From sequence record KC690136: a stretch of 64,000 nt of DNA; one strand, written 5' to 3'. Below the pieces are notes generated by a model. It saw nothing but the letters and a program-made list of their open reading frames with translations. It was not told the DNA's origin and made no database searches. A program made the translations under genes and the position numbers. The stretch is from Escherichia phage JES2013. Shown piece after piece: positions 57,792 through 64,000 of this stretch (its first letter is position 1; every line of letters begins with the position of its first letter).

Positions 57792-58916
57792 TTAGATAAA
57801 ACGCTTGAACATAGAAGGTGATGAGATTGATGGAATCACACAAGGAAGTGCTACCTCCTCTTTCTCCAGGAAATTAATCGCAGAAGCTACACAGTCGGCC
57901 CAGTCGTCTTTCCTGTTAAATGTTGATCTTTCCCCGTTGAATTTTTCAAGTTCAGTCAGAAATGCTTCCAGAGTATCAGGATGGAAACTGGATTTTACAA
58001 TCCTAACCATTCCTTGTTGGGCAAGATTGGCAAAAGGTGAGAACCTTGTCAGTTTAGATTTGTTGGAAGGCATTGGGTCTTCTTCAACCCTAAACCCTTC
58101 GGCGAGCAAGGATCTGGAGGATGTTAAGAACTCACTCTTACCTGCCTGACCGGGGTCCACAGAGAATACGATTATACAATCATCACCATCAAACTGCGCC
58201 TGTTTCCTGATGATCACATCTCGTTCACCAGCCTTTTTACAGAACTTGCCTTCCAGACCTGTGGAATACCTCCCGTCATCCACGTTCTCAGGACAATAAT
58301 CACCGGACAGGTAATAAAAGCCGTCGCTATCTTTACTTACCTTAACACTGGCGGTAAAGTCAGGAAATTTATTACCGGAAGTTCTCTCGGTTCCTGCCTT
58401 ATCCCATGCCCTGCAAGATACTGATCCAAGGGGTACTCTATCGGCATCACGAAGGAAAGATCTTTGAAAATAGTTTGCACCCTCAGGCTTTGCAAACCAG
58501 TTGCCATGAAGAAGCTGGGCTTTTTCAAGCTCGGGCAGACCTTCAAGAAAAGCAAGGTATTCTGGGTTGTCTCTCAAGCAGACAGGATTATCGAAGATTG
58601 TTGCGCCTATAAACGAGAATGACAACGGTCTTGGCTTGATCTCTACACCAAGTCCGTTAACCGTGGTGTATTTCTCTATCAACTCTTCCTTAGAGTCTCC
58701 CCAAATAAATTCACCGTCGCGTCGGATAAAATATCTTTTCTTACCGCATTTCTCCGGATCTGGATACCCTTCATCGTCCAACCACCATCTAACCAGTTTG
58801 GCAAGCATGTGTTCTGAATCTGGGTTACAGCTGATAACCATTCTTGATGGATACTTTGACTGAGATCGCAGACGAGACATCAGGTAGTCTATCTGTTCCC
58901 ATTCGAATTGTGTCGT
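57792..58916 (-). CDS. terL: terminase large subunit, exon 2 (nuclease domain and ATPase motif III)
   Basis: Tracked ORF 57792..58880 starts at an internal Met. The frame is open upstream to a TAA at 58917-58919 (TTQFEWEQIDYL), and the motif VISCNPD follows. The exact 3' splice site is not determined. Confidence 0.55.
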   Translation of the reverse strand, partial: TTQFEWEQIDYLMSRLRSQSKYPSRMVISCNPDSEHMLAKLVRWWLDDEGYPDPEKCGKKRYFIRRDGEFIWGDSKEELIEKYTTVNGLGVEIKPRPLSFSFIGATIFDNPVCLRDNPEYLAFLEGLPELEKAQLLHGNWFAKPEGANYFQRSFLRDADRVPLGSVSCRAWDKAGTERTSGNKFPDFTASVKVSKDSDGFYYLSGDYCPENVDDGRYSTGLEGKFCKKAGERDVIIRKQAQFDGDDCIIVFSVDPGQAGKSEFLTSSRSLLAEGFRVEEDPMPSNKSKLTRFSPFANLAQQGMVRIVKSSFHPDTLEAFLTELEKFNGERSTFNRKDDWADCVASAINFLEKEEVALPCVIPSISSPSMFKRFI

Positions 58917-59793
58917 TTATGTTCAGGCAAGGTCGCTAGTCTTGCCCCGCCATTTTCAGGCAGCTGCATGTCTCCATGCAGACCAGACTATATCTTATGA
59001 ATGTGTAAATACTCTGCCGCTCTAAGAATAGTTTCCTCATCTTCTTGGAAGAAACCTAAAGCTCTGTTGCATTTATCACAAAGCAACCCTCTTACAGCAC
59101 CAGTTTTATGGTCATGATCAACACAAAAGAAATCTCTGTACCCTTGCGTCCTATACTCATCGAGAGATATTCTACAAATGGCACACTTATGATCTTGATC
59201 TGAGAGTAGACGATAGTATTCATCTTTTGTTATGTGAAATTTCTTCTCAATCTGATAAAACTTTTCACACATCTTACACCTGTTCGTAACCAGATATACT
59301 TTACCATAGTCACGTTTTGTGTAAAAACTATCAGCGAGCATACTTTCATGACAAGATTTGCATTCAAAAAGTTCACCTTTCTTCAGCAAGTCTTGAATAA
59401 ATAATGCTGCGTCATCTCTCTTAACCATATTTTTGTTTTTACGAGATCCACCCTTCCTGTAGTACATATAGCATTCCTTGCATGTACCTGAGTATCCATC
59501 CTTGCTCTTAGATGATAAAAAGAAATCATCAATAGGTAGAACTCTTTGGCAATCCATACATTTTTTAGTATTACACATTCACCCTCCCGTTTCGAATCGC
59601 TTGATTCTACGTCTTTCGACTAGTCGTTGAACGTTCATCCTCTCGGATGCTTCGCTGCGGATTATCTAAACTAACACACTGTTACCATACCTTCGATCTC
59701 TCTTCGAAGCCTCTATCATGTTACCATGACAGGTTGGTGGTGTCAATAATAAAGATTTCCCCGCAATTAGGGAGGTTTTACGAGAGCTACAAA
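58885..59793 (-). mobile_element. group I intron with embedded homing endonuclease ORF, inserted in terL
   Basis: Minus-strand core elements: P-like AATTGCGGGGAAA (59756-59768), Q-like AATCCGCAGC (59654-59663), R-like GTTCAACGACTAGTC (59618-59632), S-like AAGACTAGCGACC (58931-58943). Boundaries are approximate. Confidence 0.7.
58988..59578 (-). CDS. homing endonuclease, endonuclease VII (HNH) family, intron-encoded
   Basis: 196 aa. Motif CVDHDHKTGAVRGLLCDKCNRALG matches the T4 endonuclease VII signature; several CxxC pairs. Lies between the R and S intron elements. Confidence 0.7.
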   Translation of the reverse strand: MCNTKKCMDCQRVLPIDDFFLSSKSKDGYSGTCKECYMYYRKGGSRKNKNMVKRDDAALFIQDLLKKGELFECKSCHESMLADSFYTKRDYGKVYLVTNRCKMCEKFYQIEKKFHITKDEYYRLLSDQDHKCAICRISLDEYRTQGYRDFFCVDHDHKTGAVRGLLCDKCNRALGFFQEDEETILRAAEYLHIHKI

Positions 59794-60222
59794 TTAACCC
59801 TCATCGAAGCAAACCATGGTGTACTCAAGCCCTTGATGGTTAAGCTTATCTTGTACATACTCCATGTGGCAGTATTTTACAACAGCTCCCTTTTTGCTTC
59901 TATCCCACTTGCCAGTGTTCGGATCAAACCGTGGAAAAATGAACTTATGATCCTTCTCTCTGAACTTTGGCTTAATGTTTTCAGGCAGATCGCTATAAAT
60001 AGCTACTGCTTTAGGCCATAGTCCACCCTCACCTTCCAACTGTGGGGTTGTTCTTCGGAACATAACCACAGAGCTGTGGGGGTCATCAATAATTTTAAGT
60101 GGCATCAACTGCAAGAGAAACGACTTGCCAGACCCTGCGGCACCGCCGATTACCAAAATATCTGCATCGTTTTCGAGGATCATCTTCTGCTTTTCAGAAC
60201 ACGGTCCGTAAATCTTAGACAT
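59794..60222 (-). CDS. terL: terminase large subunit, exon 1 (ATPase N-terminal part)
   Basis: 142 aa. Walker A ILVIGGAAGSGKS, Walker B MVCFDEG, then an in-frame stop inside the intron. Confidence 0.65.
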   Translation of the reverse strand: MSKIYGPCSEKQKMILENDADILVIGGAAGSGKSFLLQLMPLKIIDDPHSSVVMFRRTTPQLEGEGGLWPKAVAIYSDLPENIKPKFREKDHKFIFPRFDPNTGKWDRSKKGAVVKYCHMEYVQDKLNHQGLEYTMVCFDEG

Positions 60223-60509
60223 TAACCTCTCTCCTTTGGAAACAGTGTTCTAATATAGTCTTGCAAAATGATCAATTTAGCTCTATCATTGCTACAAGAC
60301 AAATTATTATCCCTCATAATGCCAGAATTTACTGCATCTGGAGCACCTTTCTTCAAAGGCATAGCTTTAGCAGGTGGTTTCATGGCACCTTCCGGGGGTT
60401 TAACAATCAACCTTCCTACATCTGGAGGGTCAATCTTGTATTCTCTCTCAACGCTGGTTGCACACCCACATAATAAAAAGCACACAATAAACAGTGCAGC
60501 AACTCTCAT
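60222..60509 (-). CDS. o-spanin (outer-membrane lipoprotein, Rz1-like)
   Basis: 95 aa. Signal plus lipobox-like FLLCGCATS, Pro-rich periplasmic region, C-terminal LFPKERG; overlaps the i-spanin gene by 4 nt. Confidence 0.5.
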   Translation of the reverse strand: MRVAALFIVCFLLCGCATSVEREYKIDPPDVGRLIVKPPEGAMKPPAKAMPLKKGAPDAVNSGIMRDNNLSCSNDRAKLIILQDYIRTLFPKERG

Positions 60510-60904
60510 CGATCCTCCTGATTGATACTCTCATTATAAATATCTATAAGCTGATCAGGGAGTGTTGACTTCTTACCTTCAGGTGATTGGAGGTAGATAA
60601 TCTGCTTTTCTCTACCTGCCCTCTCAGCTATATTTAATTTATCCTGCAGATCAGAAAGAGATTTTTCAAGGTTTTTAACCTCCTCTGCGTGGCCCATTTT
60701 AATCTTGTCGGCCTGCTTTTGTTGCTGATCAAGGATCCGTTCCCACTTTAACTCTGTTGCTGACACACCCTCCTGGTAGGCATCATTAAGCTTGGAGTTA
60801 AACCAATACACGGCCCCAAGATAAGCTGTACCTATCGCAGCTGCAAAAACTAAACCTTTTATGATCCCTTTATACCTACTCAGCCATGTTAAAACTGAAA
60901 TCAT
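60506..60904 (-). CDS. i-spanin (inner-membrane, Rz-like)
   Basis: 132 aa. N-terminal TM helix LVFAAAIGTAYLGAVYWF followed by a charged coiled-coil domain. Confidence 0.5.
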   Translation of the reverse strand: MISVLTWLSRYKGIIKGLVFAAAIGTAYLGAVYWFNSKLNDAYQEGVSATELKWERILDQQQKQADKIKMGHAEEVKNLEKSLSDLQDKLNIAERAGREKQIIYLQSPEGKKSTLPDQLIDIYNESINQEDR

Positions 60905-60920
60905 TTTAAGGCTCCAGAAA

Positions 60921-60957
60921 CGAAAAAACCCCGCAGCTATGCAGCTAACGGGGCGGG
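60921..60957 (-). terminator. candidate terminator
   Basis: CCCGCCCCG...CGGGG stem-loop followed on the minus strand by TTTTTTCG. Confidence 0.35.
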
Positions 60958-61009
60958 TTAAAATTGAGTAACCTAAATAGATCGAAACTAACTAAAAGGA
61001 GACTAATAC

Positions 61010-61279
61010 TTATCGAGGCACTCGGTGGATGATTCTAACAGTAACTGCATTTTCATTCATCAAGTATGCATCTACATCTCTGTAAATATAAAACTTCTGC
61101 TCACTATCAACAACACAAGCTACTGCCCCTTCAGAGTTGTCTTCAAAAAAGACCACCACTGCATCGCAGCTGAGTTCATGATATGACTCTCGAAGATTTA
61201 CAGCCAGAGGATTGAAATCGTCACGAAAATCTACGGTATGGGTTGGATTTACACGCTCTACAATTTTAAGTGTATACAT
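61010..61279 (-). CDS. hypothetical protein
   Basis: Tracked ORF is 61010..61369; trimmed to Met-31 (MYTLKIV) because the longer N-terminus overlaps tRNA-Pro. Confidence 0.4.
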   Translation of the reverse strand: MYTLKIVERVNPTHTVDFRDDFNPLAVNLRESYHELSCDAVVVFFEDNSEGAVACVVDSEQKFYIYRDVDAYLMNENAVTVRIIHRVPR

Positions 61280-61325
61280 TTTAAAGGTTCCTTTTGTTTG
61301 TATATGTTTAAAGTATAACTGAAAG

Positions 61326-61402
61326 TGGTCTCCACGGAGTGATTCGAACACTCGACCTCCTGATCCCAAATCAGGCGCTCTACCAAGCTGAGCTACGCGG
61401 AG
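61326..61402 (-). tRNA. tRNA-Pro (anticodon TGG)
   Basis: 77 nt with encoded CCA. Acceptor CTCCGCG/CGTGGAG, anticodon loop TTTGGGA, T-arm GAGTG-TTCGAAT-CACTC. Confidence 0.8.
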
Positions 61403-61413
61403 TATTCATTATT

Positions 61414-61488
61414 TGGTGGCCCTGGGTGGAATTGAACCACCGTCTGGCGATTATGAGTCGCTTGCTTGAACCTTCCAGCTACAGGGCC
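61414..61488 (-). tRNA. tRNA-Met (anticodon CAT; elongator type, could also be an Ile-lysidine tRNA)
   Basis: 75 nt with CCA. Acceptor GGCCCTG/CAGGGCC, anticodon loop CTCATAA, T-arm GGTGG-TTCAATT-CCACC. Confidence 0.75.
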
Positions 61489-61489
61489 A

Positions 61490-61565
61490 TGGTGCTGATG
61501 GCAGGACTTGAACCTGCAACCTATTGATTACAAATCAATTGCACTACCAATTGTGCTACATCAGC
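61490..61565 (-). tRNA. tRNA-Thr (anticodon TGT)
   Basis: 76 nt with CCA. Acceptor GCTGATG/CATCAGC, D-stem GCAC/GTGC, anticodon loop TTTGTAA, T-arm GCAGG-TTCAAGT-CCTGC. Confidence 0.8.
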
Positions 61566-61570
61566 AAAAA

Positions 61571-61660
61571 GGTGCTAGGTGATGGAGTCGAACCACCCGA
61601 ATCGCAATGATAACAGATTTACAGTCTGCCCCGCTACCCCTACGGAATTAACTCACCTAA
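61571..61660 (-). tRNA. tRNA-Tyr-like (anticodon GTA), long variable arm
   Basis: Anticodon arm GCAGA-CTGTAAA-TCTGT is near-identical to E. coli tRNA-Tyr; T-arm GGTGG-TTCGACT-CCATC. Acceptor stem has mismatches and ends are uncertain. Confidence 0.55.
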
Positions 61661-61787
61661 ATACTAATATTTAAATTCTTTTTAAAATAGCTAGTGTTCT
61701 CACCACTAACTATGAGGTATCGGTAAAGTGGTTACCGCCACTTGCCGAAGATTTACTCTGCTAAAGTAAGCTACATTAAAAAGAACT

Positions 61788-61862
61788 TGGCACCCCGTAC
61801 TGGACTCGAACCAGTGTCAACGGCTTAGAAGGCCGCTGCTTTATCCACTAAGCTAACAGGGC
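61788..61862 (-). tRNA. tRNA-Arg (anticodon TCT)
   Basis: 75 nt with CCA. Acceptor GCCCTGT/ACGGGGT (two G-U pairs), anticodon loop CTTCTAA, T-arm ACTGG-TTCGAGT-CCAGT. Confidence 0.75.
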
Positions 61863-61920
61863 ACTGGGTGGCTTTCTTTTACACCTTAGCCGCCAGAAAA
61901 GGTGGGAGACCATGTTTACA

Positions 61921-61949
61921 ATATTACACTGTTAAGCAAAGTTTGTCAA
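61921..61949 (-). promoter_or_regulatory. sigma70-like promoter for the tRNA cluster (TTGACA - 17 nt - TAATAT)
   Basis: Read on the minus strand: TTGACAaactttgcttaacagtgTAATAT, about 60 nt upstream of the tRNA-Arg 5' end. Confidence 0.55.
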
Positions 61950-61958
61950 GAAAATATT

Positions 61959-62297
61959 TTAGCTATTGCTAACAGGCTGTATTTCTGTGGTAAACGGCAT
62001 AAAAGGTGCTGGTTTTTCAGCCTCTTCTACTACCACCTCTTCCTCTTCACCAAACATCTCATCATATTCTTCCTGCATTCGGTCTGCCTTATCAAGAACA
62101 TACTCTGCAATGCTTTGACGAATATTTTGTTTGGTTTTCGGGTCCAACATCAGCTCTCTTAAAACTTTGTGAGCTTCTGGAACCATCGCTATAAAAGATT
62201 CCTTCATATCAAGGATGTTCTTCTCTAGCTGAATGGCGTTGGACTCCTCTTTCAGAGGTCTGCCTCTACGGCGACGCTTTTTAGTTGTATCCGCCAT
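61959..62297 (-). CDS. hypothetical basic/acidic protein
   Basis: Tracked ORF is 61959..62417; trimmed to the ATG preceded by GGAGGAAAC. Begins MADTTKKRRRRGRP and has an acidic C-terminus. Confidence 0.45.
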   Translation of the reverse strand: MADTTKKRRRRGRPLKEESNAIQLEKNILDMKESFIAMVPEAHKVLRELMLDPKTKQNIRQSIAEYVLDKADRMQEEYDEMFGEEEEVVVEEAEKPAPFMPFTTEIQPVSNS

Positions 62298-62645
62298 GTT
62301 TCCTCCATTATCACGTGATAGGTGGATTTTATCACAGCAAATACTGATTGTCAAGTTCGCCGCAGGGTGGTGTTCCCTGCGACTTGTCCAGCGTCCTGGA
62401 CCAGCAAGACCCAACAAGTGGGTTTTCCAGCTATACCCATTACCGCGCTCAGGCTCGACCTTATTACAGGTTGGCTGGGGTCACATCGTCATGTGCTGGC
62501 TGCCCCTACCATTTTAAGTGTGGTGCACTATCAAGCCCTCTAAGGGGAACTCAGTCTTCTCCGAACCCTGTTTCAAAGCATCCGGAGATAAAGCCATCAA
62601 ATTCATCTTTAAATTGGATATTCATCATGATACACGAAAACAACC

Positions 62646-62888
62646 TCATTGTAAAGCGCAAATAAATAAAACATACTTAATTTGTTTGTTATCAGGCTCA
62701 GGGTAGAAGTAGAAGATCTTGCTATCACCGATCTGAACACCACCATCCCAACAGCATAGCCCATAACCTGTATTCATACAAGCTAAGTCGTTGGCAAAAT
62801 CTATTGCATCATCCAGTGCACGAAATTCACCTTCATCTTCTAAATAATCCTCATTCATGGAACGAAAAACGAGCTTAACCTTAAACAT
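62646..62888 (-). CDS. hypothetical protein
   Basis: 80-aa acidic ORF. Confidence 0.4.
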   Translation of the reverse strand: MFKVKLVFRSMNEDYLEDEGEFRALDDAIDFANDLACMNTGYGLCCWDGGVQIGDSKIFYFYPEPDNKQIKYVLFICALQ

Positions 62889-62964
62889 AGCATTACCTGT
62901 AGACCTCGTAAGTTAAAATTGTAGCACATCATATTGCAGATCTTATCAGGTAACACTGTTTTTG

Positions 62965-63174
62965 TCAACAGATTCCGGCCTTATCTCGCCTGTCTGCGTA
63001 TTCTTTAATCGCAACCTCATCTGCATTAGTGACCAGGTCTTCAAAGTAACTCTCAAGCTCCTCGTCAATGTCAGGAGACCAGCTCTTTTTCCTGTCAGTG
63101 TGAATTGCAGACTTGTTGAACTTATTACAGTTCTTTGCTACCGGGTTATTCATTAAGCGCTCCTCAGCGTTCAT
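62965..63174 (-). CDS. hypothetical protein
   Basis: 69-aa ORF overlapping the upstream gene by 11 nt. Confidence 0.35.
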   Translation of the reverse strand: MNAEERLMNNPVAKNCNKFNKSAIHTDRKKSWSPDIDEELESYFEDLVTNADEVAIKEYADRRDKAGIC

Positions 63175-63742
63175 AGTAAATTTTATTTAACATTACCTCA
63201 TCCTTTGCAGAAAGAATACCGAGATATGCATCACCGAATCTACCTGCAACAACCTCTGCATGATACATTACTTCGTTAATATCGTCAAGAGTGATAACTG
63301 GATGACCGTATCTCTCTGAGTATTGTCTCAGAGTGCGATGTAGAGAGTCATCATCATAGGCAGACTTTTTAATATCACAAACACGACGAATAGCCTTGAT
63401 GTCGAAAAACCCTGTACGATACCAACCAAGAAAAAGGTTTCGTGCAGTGTCAACATCTACATCAATACCATCAAGAACCTTATCTACAAGATAGCTATCA
63501 TCCTTTGGACTCGCTTCCTTAGTGCGGATATAGTTGCCATCTTTTCCAGGTGACAGCTCCTTCTCATCACCAGCCTTCATGTCATCATTTGGCGGGGTTA
63601 GCCACTTATCCGGATGCTTACGATCACGAGCGTTAGAATGATTACGCTGGAAACCTGGCTGCCACTTGAAAGTTTTCTCCATCTGTTCTTCATTCTGATA
63701 ACGTTTTGCAATCTTTTCACGGTCATCTTTGCGTGAACTCAT
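63164..63742 (-). CDS. hypothetical protein
   Basis: 192 aa; GAGGAGG precedes the ATG. Confidence 0.5.
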   Translation of the reverse strand: MSSRKDDREKIAKRYQNEEQMEKTFKWQPGFQRNHSNARDRKHPDKWLTPPNDDMKAGDEKELSPGKDGNYIRTKEASPKDDSYLVDKVLDGIDVDVDTARNLFLGWYRTGFFDIKAIRRVCDIKKSAYDDDSLHRTLRQYSERYGHPVITLDDINEVMYHAEVVAGRFGDAYLGILSAKDEVMLNKIYYER

Positions 63743-64000
63743 AGCTGCCTCCTCTTCAAGTTATAGAAAAACTCACTGTATCGCTTTGTAACGAGCTTTT
63801 CTATCAAACTGGTGCGATTGCATTACTTGGTATGGTTTATATAGCTGTGGAGCGATTTAGGGTCCTTCTTGTCCGTTTCCACACATAAACTTTATCCAAA
63901 CTCGCGCGGGAGGCTCTCAACCGACTCCTTACGGCGCTGGCAAGCTTTCGTCGGTGGCCCACATTAGTGCTCGGCCTTTGGCCTGCGCTATCGCTTCGCT

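Noticed and set aside
58885-59793. Intein or two independent terminase genes as the explanation for the split terL
   Set aside because: Both halves are ended or started by stop codons in the insert, which rules out an in-frame intein, and the insert carries P, Q, R and S group I elements, which argues against a simple free-standing endonuclease between two genes.
61280-61369. N-terminal 30 codons of tracked ORF 61010..61369
   Set aside because: This extension overlaps the tRNA-Pro gene; a downstream Met gives a non-overlapping CDS, so the start was trimmed.
61326-61862. tRNA cluster as a prophage integration site (attachment site)
   Set aside because: No integrase, excisionase or repeat-flanked junction is nearby, and the tRNAs are intact with their own promoter, so they are read as phage-encoded tRNA genes.
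1-64000. CRISPR array or cas genes
   Set aside because: No direct-repeat/spacer array was seen; the only repeated short element is a terminator hairpin at dispersed sites.

Overview
This 64-kb window reads as part of a large virulent tailed phage genome with a contractile-tail (myovirus-like) layout; no integrase, att site or CRISPR array was seen. Positions 1-13,450 are an early/accessory region: an rIIA-like gene, a secreted SleB-type cell-wall hydrolase, and two divergent operons driven by back-to-back sigma70-like promoters at 6643-6713. The leftward operon ends in a MoxR-type AAA+ ATPase and the rightward one carries a metallopeptidase-vWA protein, plus many small ORFs. Positions 13,498-60,904 are one long minus-strand late module: tail fibers and tailspikes, baseplate, tape measure, chaperones with a -1 slippery site, tube, sheath, neck, major capsid, scaffold, portal, large terminase and a spanin pair. 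The large terminase gene is interrupted by a group I intron that carries an endonuclease VII-type homing endonuclease. Positions 61,326-61,862 hold five minus-strand tRNA genes (Pro, Met, Thr, Tyr, Arg) with their own promoter. All product calls come from motifs read by eye in the translations; no database search or folding was run.
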